Assembly (NCBI GenBank): GCA_963810095.1
Contig: CAWEMM010000010.1
Location: forward strand, 128,001 to 192,000
Reading direction: 5' to 3'
DNA: 64,000 bases
From: an uncultured Chloroflexia bacterium
Lineage (GTDB): Bacteria; Chloroflexota; Anaerolineae; CG2-30-64-16
The translations under genes were made by a program, and so were the position numbers. Position 1 is the first letter of the stretch, and the number at the start of each line of letters is the position of its first letter. A model generated the notes under the pieces. The model saw nothing but the letters and a program-made list of their open reading frames with translations. It made no database searches and had not been told where the DNA came from. Of the stretch, positions 10,926-21,203 are shown piece by piece.

Positions 10926-10983
10926 AACACAAAGACACAAGGGCACGAGGAATTTCCCTTCGTGTCTTTGTGTCTTTGTGGTT
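10926..10983. repeat. Palindrome of 9-nt tandem units, class B
   Basis: AACACAAAGACACAAGGGCACGAGG...CTTCGTGTCTTTGTGTCTTTGTGGTT. Confidence 0.8.
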
Positions 10984-10990
10984 ACATCGT

Positions 10991-12821
<1,831 letters not shown>

Positions 12822-12859
12822 AGTGGCCTCCTTCCTGTACGATCCGCTCAAGAAATGGC

Positions 12860-13183
12860 CCTCAAAAGGGTGCCGACAATAATCGAAATCACGCCGAGCA
12901 GTGCCAGCGTGCCTCACATCGGTGGCTGCAACGCGAAAGAGCAGGACCAAAACTAGCGCCGCCGCCAACAGCGCGGCCCCGAGATATTGGAAAAGCGCCC
13001 ACGACCGCCCCACCACCACCTGCCAGGGTGTCTTCTTTGTCGTCTGCGCCACCACCTGCGGGCCGGAAGGGAGATGTCGCCGCCTTCCACAGACATTCAG
13101 CAGAAAACCATAAAAGCCGCCACCAACACCAGCCCAACGCCCGCCAGAAACGACACCGGGTCCAACCCGAACGGTAGTTGCAT
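12860..13183 (-). pseudogene. Small membrane protein, several frameshifts
   Basis: GAGGGAG SD then [24 protein letters not shown]..., with plausible continuation in other frames ([11 protein letters not shown]; [16 protein letters not shown]...[12 protein letters not shown]). Confidence 0.5.
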
Positions 13184-13256
13184 CAGCTCCCTCGCATTTG
13201 GAACTTCTGTTCGGATATGCTAGACTTTGCCCGTATCCACCATGGAGGCGTTGACA

Positions 13257-13754
13257 ATGGCCTAACTGCTTGACGTGCTTGCCTCCTTTGACCTGATCAG
13301 CCGAATCGAGGGCTTCATTTCGACATTCGGCTACGCCGACTGGAAGAACGCTGCCCGGACGGCGGGTCCTGCCGGCATCGCGACCGAGTTTGCTCGCAGC
13401 CTGGGCGGCGCCAACCGCTGGCGCTTCTGGGTGCACCGGGATGCAGGCTGGAGCGGCATCGAGATCGAGCGCTTTCTGCGCAAGTACGGCGTCGTCGTCT
13501 GGGATCGCGGATTCGTGGGCGACGACTACTTCTTCTGCGTCAAGGCCCGCCAGGCCAACTGGGCCGAGTATCTCCTGCTCCGTCGCGGCATCCCGATCAC
13601 GGGCTCGCTGTACAACCCCGCTAACGGTGATTACGGCGCCGCGCATGCGCCCGGGGACGCCCCCCCGGCCTGGGTTGACCGGGGTCGGGCCCCTGGCCGA
13701 TGCGATCGACAAGCCTGGCCGACTGGCTGTAACGACCCTCGGCGACTGCTCTGA
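13257..13754 (+). CDS. Hypothetical protein; the SD-preceded ATG is followed by TAA at codon 3, alternative GTG start at 13275
   Basis: Protein-like frame with strong GC3 bias ([22 protein letters not shown]...[15 protein letters not shown]); GGAGG upstream of ATG 13257. Confidence 0.65.
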
Positions 13755-13760
13755 TTGTTA

Positions 13761-14025
13761 AACGAAAAGGCCCCTCGAATTATGGGACGAGGGGCCTCGT
13801 GGTTCCACCCAATTTTGCCGGGGCGGGCTGCACCCGTGCGGCATCTCAACGGGCCTGTAACGGGGCCGGCCGTGAATCCATACTCTCAGTTCCGGATTCC
13901 GCTCCCGGGGGGTTTTCCGTCTTGCCGTGCGAGGCGGTTCTCAGCTCTGGAATGGCTGCTGGTGCGCCACTCCCCGCCCTCTCTGACGCCGTTGCGCAAC
14001 GTACTCGTCCCGGTCAACGCTTTTT
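13761..14025 (-). ncRNA. T-box riboswitch, Thr specifier (ACC)
   Basis: GA motif GCGTTGACCGGGACGAGTA, AG bulge CAGAGAG, GCTGAGA loop, specifier GAAAACCCC, stem II, CCGTTA, antiterminator AATTGGGTGGAACCACG, terminator with U tract. Confidence 0.93.
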
Positions 14026-14038
14026 CGTATTGCCGCTC

Positions 14039-14066
14039 ATTATATGCCCGCCGCTTCTCTTGTCAA
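14039..14066 (-). promoter_or_regulatory. Sigma70-type promoter of the T-box leader
   Basis: TTGACA-16 nt-TATAAT. Confidence 0.8.
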
Positions 14067-14083
14067 GCGCCGGACCGGAAATG

Positions 14084-14111
14084 AAAAAACAGCCAGTCTT
14101 CCGACTGGCTG
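14084..14111 (-). terminator. Intrinsic terminator after tRNA-Val
   Basis: CAGCCAGTC-loop-GACTGGCTG followed by TTTTTT on the minus strand. Confidence 0.8.
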
Positions 14112-14114
14112 CGA

Positions 14115-14188
14115 TGGGCGGTAGAGGGCTTGAACCTCTGACCTCAGCGATGTCAACGCTGCGCTCTAGCCAACTGAGCTAACCGCCC
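14115..14188 (-). tRNA. tRNA-Val(GAC)
   Basis: CAGCG-TTGACAT-CGCTG anticodon arm, GGTTCAAGCC. Confidence 0.96.
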
Positions 14189-14244
14189 GAACAGTGCAAC
14201 ATTATACGGATGGAAGCGGCTTTGTGCAAATTGCCGCTCCGCGT

Positions 14245-14484
14245 TCATCTGGCGGCGGGCGGGGCGTCGAGGTTGAGGGCTTGCAGCAGGCGGGTCTTCA
14301 CGTCGTCTGGCAGCGGCTCGTGCCCGTGCTCGTGATACAGCGTGACGGTGCGCGTCAGTGTGTCGACCACGATCCGGCAGTTCTCGCAGCACGCGAGGTG
14401 CTCCTCGATCTCCGCGCACAAGTCAGCTTCGAGCTCGCCGTCGATATAGTCGGATAGGTTCCCCAACATGTCTCTGCATCCCAC
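14245..14484 (-). CDS. Soluble zinc-binding anti-sigma factor (zf-HC2/ZAS)
   Basis: C...LSDYIDGEL...HLACCENC (HxxxCxxC); GTG after AAGGAGG; no TM helix; follows the ECF sigma. Confidence 0.88.
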   Translation of the reverse strand: MGCRDMLGNLSDYIDGELEADLCAEIEEHLACCENCRIVVDTLTRTVTLYHEHGHEPLPDDVKTRLLQALNLDAPPAAR

Positions 14485-14485
14485 C

Positions 14486-15145
14486 TTATCGTTCCTCCTT
14501 TGCCGCTCCCGCCCTCTCGCTTCCGGCCCGCTCGCGCGTCCCAGTGCTCGGCGCCAGGCCGTCATGCGCAAAGTAGCCGGTCAGCCGCTCGCGCAGCGCC
14601 AAGCGCGCCCGGTGCAGGCGCACCTTGGCGTTGGTCTCGGTGAGCCCGAGCGCCGCGGCGGTCTCGGCGGTCGACAGGCCCTCGATGTCGCGCAGCACGA
14701 ATACCGTGCGCAGCGATTCGGGGAGCGTTTCGAGCGCGGCGTCGAGCACGGTGCGAAGCTCCCGATTCAAAAGCAGTTGGTCGGGGAGCGAACCCCAATC
14801 GACCAGCTCACGCGGCAGCGTGTCGCCCTCTTCGGTCGTCACAGGCTCGTCGAGCGAATCGGTGGGCGGCCGGCGCTTGCGCAGCCGCATCATCGCCGCG
14901 TTGTAGCCGATGCGATACAGCCACGTGCCCAGCTGGCTGCGTCCTTCGAACCTTGGCAGCGCCTTGAACGCGCTGATGAAGGTTTCCTGCAGCACTTCCT
15001 CGGCCTCGTGCGGGTCCTGCATGAGCCGCAGCGCCAGGTTGTAAACGACCGGCGAGTGGCGTTCCACGATCTCGGTAAAAGCGTCCTGCCGGCCGGCCTG
15101 TGCGGCTGCCACCAGTTCTTCTTCGGTACGGTAGACAGTAGCCGT
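14486..15145 (-). CDS. ECF sigma-70 family sigma factor
   Basis: AEEVLQETF, FEGRSQLGTWLYRI, VFVLRDIEGLS, KVRLHRAR; frame extends to an ACG codon behind AAAGGAG. Confidence 0.95.
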   Translation of the reverse strand, partial: TATVYRTEEELVAAAQAGRQDAFTEIVERHSPVVYNLALRLMQDPHEAEEVLQETFISAFKALPRFEGRSQLGTWLYRIGYNAAMMRLRKRRPPTDSLDEPVTTEEGDTLPRELVDWGSLPDQLLLNRELRTVLDAALETLPESLRTVFVLRDIEGLSTAETAAALGLTETNAKVRLHRARLALRERLTGYFAHDGLAPSTGTRERAGSERAGAAKEER

Positions 15146-15203
15146 AGTACGCTCCTTTCGATGCGCGCTGGCGCGACAAGGTTACGACGCAGCCCTGAGT
15201 TTA

Positions 15204-15265
15204 AACACAAAGGCACAAAGACACAAGGAGCCCGGCGGGCCCGGATGCTTGTGCCTCTGTGCCTT
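15204..15265. repeat. Palindrome of 9-nt tandem units, class B
   Basis: AACACAAAGGCACAAAGACACAAG...CTTGTGCCTCTGTGCCTT. Confidence 0.75.
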
Positions 15266-15293
15266 CAGCTTGAAAGCGTGTGCGCTTGCGCGC

Positions 15294-15689
15294 TTACGCG
15301 AGCAGGCGCTCCATCTTGTTCTTGAGCGTGCCGTACTGCGTGACGCCCACGATGCGGTCCACTTCCTGGCCGCCCTTGAAGTAGATCAGGGTGGGGATGC
15401 CCATGATGCCGTAGCGCGACAGGATGTCGGGGCACTCGTCGGCGTCGATCTTTGCCACCAGCGCGCGGCCGGCATACTCGTTCGCCAGCTTGGCCACCGA
15501 CGGTGCGATCGCGTGGCACGGCCCGCACCACTCGGCCCAGAAGTCGACGACCACCGGCTGCTCGGCCTGGAGCACCTGCGTCTCGAATTCGTCGCACGTC
15601 AAGTGCCGGGGCTCAGTTGCGGCCGGCTTGTCGCCCGCAGCAGCCGTCTCTTCCTTCTCACTACCCATGATCCGCTTAAGCAAATCCAT
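15294..15689 (-). CDS. Thioredoxin
   Basis: VDFWAEWCGPC, IMGIPTL. Confidence 0.96.
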   Translation of the reverse strand: MDLLKRIMGSEKEETAAAGDKPAATEPRHLTCDEFETQVLQAEQPVVVDFWAEWCGPCHAIAPSVAKLANEYAGRALVAKIDADECPDILSRYGIMGIPTLIYFKGGQEVDRIVGVTQYGTLKNKMERLLA

Positions 15690-15707
15690 GACGCATCTCC
15701 TCTGTAA

Positions 15708-15977
15708 TTATTCCAGCTTCTTGAGCGTGGCCATCAGTTGGTCCAGCATGGCGTCCATCTCGCCATTCGCCGGCTCGAGCATGCACCGTTCGGCATAAGC
15801 GCGCGCCAGGACGAGGCTGGCGTGATGCACCGCCGAACGGATGGCCGACATCTGCTGCAGGATGGCTCCGCAATCGCGTTCCTCCTGGACCATCTTCTCG
15901 ACCCCACGCACCTGGCCCTCGATCCGGTGCAAACGTGCAGTGAGGTCTGCCTTGATCTCCGGCGATCTTAATTCCAT
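15708..15977 (-). CDS. CsoR/RcnR/CstR-family transcriptional repressor
   Basis: RLHRIEGQVRGV...RDC...Q..A.RSA...YAERC. Confidence 0.93.
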   Translation of the reverse strand: MELRSPEIKADLTARLHRIEGQVRGVEKMVQEERDCGAILQQMSAIRSAVHHASLVLARAYAERCMLEPANGEMDAMLDQLMATLKKLE

Positions 15978-15993
15978 AAGCCCTCGTCCCGAT

Positions 15994-16057
15994 TTGACAT
16001 GCCCTGCTCGAACTACTATACTCCCCTATAGTATATGCAACCGGGTATGGTTGTCAA
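15994..16057. promoter_or_regulatory. Overlapping face-to-face promoters with a CsoR/RcnR-type operator (16017-16035)
   Basis: Plus strand TTGACA(15994)-17-TATACT; minus strand TTGACA(16057)-16-TATACT; operator TATACT-CCCCTAT-AGTATA. Confidence 0.8.
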
Positions 16058-16070
16058 ATAGCGAGGGCAG

Positions 16071-16265
16071 ATGGCGACGAGCAGCGGCAAGCAACTGAAC
16101 ATCGGCGTACCGCTCACGGCGGAAGAGGTCGTCGAACTGAAGATGATCGCGCAGGACGAGGATGCGGCTGCCGCGCTGGACTTCGTCCGGCGGCTGCGGC
16201 GGAAGGTGCAGGAAATCGAGCGCCGGCACTGCGGCGATCCGGACAAGTTGCCGGGGATGAATTAG
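16071..16265 (+). CDS. Small hypothetical protein (64 aa)
   Basis: GAGGG SD, strong upstream promoter, typical codon bias, helical-looking sequence. Confidence 0.75.
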   Translation: MATSSGKQLNIGVPLTAEEVVELKMIAQDEDAAAALDFVRRLRRKVQEIERRHCGDPDKLPGMN

Positions 16266-16272
16266 TGTCCGC

Positions 16273-16332
16273 AACACAAAGACACAAAGGCACGAAGTAT
16301 CCCAGTTGCTCGTGTCTTTGTGTCTTTGTGTT
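16273..16332. repeat. Palindrome of 9-nt tandem units, class B
   Basis: AACACAAAGACACAAAGGCACGA...TCGTGTCTTTGTGTCTTTGTGTT, between convergent genes. Confidence 0.8.
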
Positions 16333-16335
16333 GAG

Positions 16336-16968
16336 CTAAAGCAGCGCGTTCAGCCGCTCGCGTGACTCCTCGAAAAGCTTCTCGTGCAGGCTTACGCCGT
16401 GCGAGTCCATGGTGACGACGGCCGGGAAGCCCTCGACGCGGACGACCCAGAAGGCTTCGGGAACGCCGAGCTCTTCCTTTTTGTAGACCGCAACGACTTC
16501 CTTCACGTAGCTGGCGATCAGGGTCGCGGCGCCCCCCACGGCATGCAGGTAGACCGCGCCGTACTGTTGGCAGGCTGCGAGGGTCTTGGGGCCCATGCCG
16601 CCTTTGCCGATCACGGCCCGCAGTCCAAAGTGCTGGATCACGCCGGCCTCATAGGGTTCCTCGCGTGTGCTCGTCGTCGGGCCGGCGGACACGAAGTGCC
16701 ACTTGCCTGCTTCATCTCTGCTTACCACGGGCCCGCAGTGGTACATCACTCCGCCCTGCCACAGCCGCGCCAGTTCGTCGTGAATCGGCTGGTCGGCTGG
16801 GGGAATTGGGCCGTGGAAGAAGGTGTCCTTCATGTACTTGTGCGCCGCGTCGCGTGCGGTCACGACGAGGCCGTGGAGCCGCACCTGGTCGCCCACGTGC
16901 AGGTTGCGAATTGCTGCTTCACTGATGGGGATTTGCAGGTCGAAACCGGCGGGTTGGTTGGTTGCCAT
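16336..16968 (-). CDS. Class I fumarate hydratase (Fe-S hydro-lyase), beta subunit
   Basis: TARDAAH, YHCGP, GPTTS.R, IGKGGM, VTMDSHG. Confidence 0.93.
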   Translation of the reverse strand: MATNQPAGFDLQIPISEAAIRNLHVGDQVRLHGLVVTARDAAHKYMKDTFFHGPIPPADQPIHDELARLWQGGVMYHCGPVVSRDEAGKWHFVSAGPTTSTREEPYEAGVIQHFGLRAVIGKGGMGPKTLAACQQYGAVYLHAVGGAATLIASYVKEVVAVYKKEELGVPEAFWVVRVEGFPAVVTMDSHGVSLHEKLFEESRERLNALL

Positions 16969-16975
16969 GGGACCC

Positions 16976-17846
16976 TCACTCAATCGTTACCTGGCCGTCG
17001 CGGTAGATCAGCGTCCGCCGGCGGTCGGCCCAGCACATGTAGGATGCGGTGACGAAGTAGGAGGCCGGGAGGCGCTCCAGCGAATCGATCTTCACCGACA
17101 GCACCGTCGTTTTGCCGCCAAAGCCCATCGGTCCGATCCCGAGTGTGTTCGCCTCTTGCGTCAGCCGCTGCTCCAGCGCGGCCAGCTTGGGATCCGCGTT
17201 GACATCGTCGAGCGGCCGGTAGAACTGCTCTTTCGATTTGATGTAGCTCGAGCCACGATCGCCGCCGACGGCTACCCCAATGACCGCGGGCGCGCAGCCC
17301 ATGCCTTGCGCCTGGTGTACCGCATCCAGCACGGCCCGGCGCACCCCTTCCAGGTCCCGGTTCGCGTCGAGCCGCGCGGTCCGGCAGGCTGTACTGGGCC
17401 CCCACGTTCTCACACCCGCCGCCCTTCAGCATCAAGTCCACCTGCAGATAGGGCTGTTCCCACTCTTCGAAGTGAAAGTATGGGAAGTCCTCGCCGAGGT
17501 TGTTCCCAGGATTCTTGCCCGTGAGCGTGTCGACCGAGTTGGGCCGGAGATAAGATTTGGCCGTCGCAGTCTCCACTGCCTCGCGGACTTGTTTCTTCAG
17601 CGCCAAGGTCGACCAGCCCGTTGGGTAGTAAACATAAAAGATGGGCGTCCCGGTGTCCTGACAGATGGGGGTCGAGCCGGCGCGCGAGAGGCGGACGTTC
17701 TCGAGGATCGAGTCGAATGTGGTTTGGGCAGCCGAGCCGGCTTCTTCGCCGTCGCGTGCCTTGTGCAGCGCGGCCTCGATGTCGGCCGGCAAATCCGTGG
17801 ATGCACGCCGTATTAGTTCGATGAAGTGCGGAACGAGGTTTTCCAT
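16976..17846 (-). CDS. Class I fumarate hydratase, alpha subunit (frameshift near 17380)
   Basis: PICQDTG, KGGGCEN, GIGPMGFGG, YMCWADRR across two frames. Confidence 0.9.
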
Positions 17847-18124
17847 GGGCCTCCTTCGGGATAAGCCAGGGGGATGCAACCGCCCTAACAGATCAGCCGA
17901 GGCGCACGTGAAACACGGTCTCGCGTTCGCCCCGCTCGCCGGTGAACTATAGCACGTGGGCCCGAGCGCGTCAACGCGCCCCTCGCCCCCTTGCCCCGCG
18001 CCTCTCGGGAAGGGGCGCGGGGCGCAGACAAACTCCTTGACCGCCCATCTCGCGGGCTGATATAATCGTTGAATCATCGGGACAAGCTTGTCATCTGCAG
18101 CCGCAGCAGCATAAGGAGGCCGGC

Positions 18125-18457
18125 ATGGAGTTTTCGTCGAAAGAGATGAAGCGATGCGAAATCGCCCATATCAGCGGTCGCGTCGACAGCAGCACGGCGC
18201 CTGAGATGCAGGAGTATCTCAACGGCCTCCTCAAGCGCGGGCGTTACAATCTGGTCTTGAACCTGCGTGACGTCTCCTTCCTCAGCAGCGCGGGTCTGCG
18301 GGCCCTGCTCACCACGCTGCAGGCGTGCAAGAAACACGGCGGCGACGTTCGCCTCTCGGAGGTGTCGGACCAGGTGGCGCGGGTGCTGGAGCTGACCAGC
18401 TTTGACGTCTACTTCAAGTGCTTTACGAGCGACACGGAGGCCGTGGGCAGTTACTAG
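18125..18457 (+). CDS. STAS-domain anti-sigma factor antagonist
   Basis: GRVDSSTAP, VSFLSSAGLR phosphorylatable Ser motif. Confidence 0.93.
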   Translation: MEFSSKEMKRCEIAHISGRVDSSTAPEMQEYLNGLLKRGRYNLVLNLRDVSFLSSAGLRALLTTLQACKKHGGDVRLSEVSDQVARVLELTSFDVYFKCFTSDTEAVGSY

Positions 18458-18480
18458 CAAGCAGTGAGAGGAGCGTGTTA

Positions 18481-19758
18481 GTGGCCTCACTCCCGCCCGA
18501 GATCATCACTCGCCTGCCCGTATTCGCTTCGCTTTCCGCAAAGGAGGCGGACCGGCTCGCCCTTGCCATGGAAGAAGTAGAGACCGAGCCCGGCCAGACC
18601 CTATTCGTTGAAGGTGCGCCGGGCGATGGCTTCTTCATGGTGCTCGACGGGCAGGTCGAGATCGTGAAAGCTGTGGGCACGGCCGAGGAACGCGTGCTGA
18701 CGGTGCGCGGCGCGGGCGATTACTTCGGCGAGATGAGCCTGCTGGACCCGGCCGGCATGCGCACGGCATCTGCGCGCACGCCCGTCGCCACTCGCCTGCT
18801 ATTCCTCTGCCGCGACGACTTTCTGGAGCTGCTCCTGGCCCACCCGACGCTCGCATACGAGATGGTGCGTGTTCTCACCCTCCAACTCCGGGACAGCAAC
18901 AACGCGACGATTTCAGACTTGCGGCGGAAGAATCATGACCTGTCGGTTGCCTATGCGGAGTTGAAAGCGGCGCAGGCGCAAATCATCGAGAAGGAGAAGC
19001 TCGAGCAGGAGCTGCGCACTGCCCAGCGTATCCAGATGAGCATTTTGCCGAGCGGGCTTCCGACACTGACCGGCTACGATTTCGGGGCTGTCCTGATGCC
19101 CGCCCGCTCGGTGGGCGGCGACCTGTACGACTTCATTGAGTTGGGCGGCCGGCGGCTTGGCATTGCCGTGGGAGATGTGTCGGACAAGGGTGTGCCCGCA
19201 GCGATCTTTATGGCGTTGACTCGCAGCCTGCTGCGCGCCGAGGCAACCAGGGGCACCGCCGGCGAGCCCGTTGGGCCGCAGCAGGCGCTCGAACGTGTCA
19301 ACCGTCTCTTGCTCGACATGAATGAAGAGGGCATGTTCGTGACCCTCTTGTACGGCATCCTGGATGCCGACACCTGTACCTTTGCGTATGCCCGGGCGGG
19401 CCACGAGCTGCCGCTCCTGTTGCGGTCGGCGCATGCCGCCGACGGCCCGTGCGCCCGGCTCGCCGCCCAGGGACTGGGCGCGCCACTGGGGCTCTTCCCA
19501 ACCGTCGCGATCGACGAACAGGTCATTCAGCTTCTACCGCATGATACGCTGCTGCTCTACACCGATGGCGCGACAGATATGACAGACGGGCAGAACGAAG
19601 CGTACGGTATGGAGCGGCTGCAGGGCAGCACGTGTTCTGCCGTCGATGCGGGCAGCGCCCAAGGATTTTGCGAGCGGATCTGGCGTGACCTGGCGGCGTA
19701 CCAGGGGCATGCGGTGCAGGCCGACGACGTCGCGCTCGTGGCGCTGCGGGTGGGGTAG
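18481..19758 (+). CDS. cNMP-binding domain / coiled coil / SpoIIE-type PP2C phosphatase (RsbU-like)
   Basis: YFGEMSL...RTASA; VGGDLYD, GDVSDKG, YTDG, DDVAL. Confidence 0.93.
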   Translation: MASLPPEIITRLPVFASLSAKEADRLALAMEEVETEPGQTLFVEGAPGDGFFMVLDGQVEIVKAVGTAEERVLTVRGAGDYFGEMSLLDPAGMRTASARTPVATRLLFLCRDDFLELLLAHPTLAYEMVRVLTLQLRDSNNATISDLRRKNHDLSVAYAELKAAQAQIIEKEKLEQELRTAQRIQMSILPSGLPTLTGYDFGAVLMPARSVGGDLYDFIELGGRRLGIAVGDVSDKGVPAAIFMALTRSLLRAEATRGTAGEPVGPQQALERVNRLLLDMNEEGMFVTLLYGILDADTCTFAYARAGHELPLLLRSAHAADGPCARLAAQGLGAPLGLFPTVAIDEQVIQLLPHDTLLLYTDGATDMTDGQNEAYGMERLQGSTCSAVDAGSAQGFCERIWRDLAAYQGHAVQADDVALVALRVG

Positions 19759-19847
19759 GACGACCGGAGTTCTGCGCTTGCTTGTGCTTTGCCGCGGTCC
19801 TTGTGCTAGAATCGTTCCGAGACTGGAGCCCTGAGGAGAGGTAGCGC

Positions 19848-20072
19848 GTGCGCCCGACGCTTTACGTGGACCCGGCCCTTTGCAAGACCTGTTCGTCGTG
19901 CTCGGCACGGCGGGCGTGCCGGCCGCGCGCCATCCTGCAGATGGATCGGGGCGAGCTGCCGGCCGTGGACGCGTCCCGCTGCCTCGGCTGCAAGGCCTGC
20001 ATGGCGTCCTGCCCCCACGGCGCACTGTCGATCATGGAAGAGCGCCCCGCCGCGAACCCCGAATCGCGCTAG
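19848..20072 (+). CDS. 4Fe-4S ferredoxin-like protein
   Basis: CKTCSSC-x5-C and CLGCKACMASCP. Confidence 0.85.
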   Translation: MRPTLYVDPALCKTCSSCSARRACRPRAILQMDRGELPAVDASRCLGCKACMASCPHGALSIMEERPAANPESR

Positions 20073-20095
20073 CTGACCCTTCGAGCCGGCCAGGC

Positions 20096-21019
20096 TCAGG
20101 CCCGGGCGAGGCTCCCCAAACGTTCCGTTTCCGCGGCCAGCGCGAAATCCCAGAATGCCTGCTGCAGCGGCGTGGCCGTCCGCCTGAGGTGGCGCACGAG
20201 GTAGATTCCCCTTGTCAGGCTAAGCCCCTCCACCGGTACTTCCACGACCCGACCCAGGGCCAATCCGCGCGCAGCGGCCAACCGCGAGACGAATGCCGCT
20301 CCGATCCCTGCCTCAACCGACATCTCGACCGCTTCAGCACTCGCCAGGGTCAGCACTGTTCGCAGTTGCCCGATTTCAAGTCCGTGGCTCGCCAAGCCCT
20401 CGGCCAGCACCTCGTTTGACGCGGCGGTGCTCTCGCGCAGGATAAACGGCTCGCCGAGCAGGTCCACGGGCGCGACGACCCGGCCATCGGCCCAGGGGTG
20501 ATCGGCCGCAACGATCAGGACAATGTTGTCGCGCACCAGCGGCTCGTAGGCCAGTTCGGCGTGATTTGCCCGGCCCCCCGCTACGGCGAGCTCCGAACGG
20601 CCTGCCAACAGCCATTCGATCGCCAAGCGCCGGCTGGTCAGGTTGACGGATACCCGAACCTGCGGGTAGCAGTGGCGAAAGCCTGCCACGAGGCGGGGCA
20701 GAACGTACTTGCCCACCGTCGTACTGCATGCAATGGTGAGATCGCCCGTGACCACGCCCCGCAGGCCCGACATCGTTTCTTCGATGTGCTTGCCATGTCG
20801 CAGCGCGTCTTGCGCCATGGGCAACAGCACGCGCCCGGCGTCGCTGAGCTGGATCGTGCGCCCGTTGCGGTGGAATAATTCGATCCCCAGCTGCTTTTCC
20901 AGGTTACCGATGTGCAGGCTCACGGCCGGCTGGCTGAGGTACAAGCGCCGCGCAGCGACCGAGAAGTTCTGGGCAAGCGCGGCTTCGACAAAGACGTTGA
21001 GTTCGTGGAGGTTGAGCAA
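20096..21019 (-). CDS. LysR-family regulator (CysL-like)
   Basis: NFSVAARRLYLSQPAVS HTH; CSTTVGKYVLP; FILRE. Confidence 0.95.
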   Translation of the reverse strand: MLNLHELNVFVEAALAQNFSVAARRLYLSQPAVSLHIGNLEKQLGIELFHRNGRTIQLSDAGRVLLPMAQDALRHGKHIEETMSGLRGVVTGDLTIACSTTVGKYVLPRLVAGFRHCYPQVRVSVNLTSRRLAIEWLLAGRSELAVAGGRANHAELAYEPLVRDNIVLIVAADHPWADGRVVAPVDLLGEPFILRESTAASNEVLAEGLASHGLEIGQLRTVLTLASAEAVEMSVEAGIGAAFVSRLAAARGLALGRVVEVPVEGLSLTRGIYLVRHLRRTATPLQQAFWDFALAAETERLGSLARA

Positions 21020-21203
21020 GATGAGGCCTCGGCAAGAAATCAGCGGAGCACCGGCTGGAGTCCGATGGCACTATAACTCGCGCCAATGACGGCCGCCATG
21101 ATGACCATCATGTCTCATATAACAAAAGTGGTGGGGTGAGCCGAACCGCCGTTATACTGGCCTCGCAGGCAGTTTGCTGCCATTTCATCCTCGGAGGCCG
21201 CCC

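Noticed and set aside
14115-14188. tRNA genes as integration sites for an island or prophage
   Set aside because: No integrase and no duplicated tRNA 3' end seen in the window.
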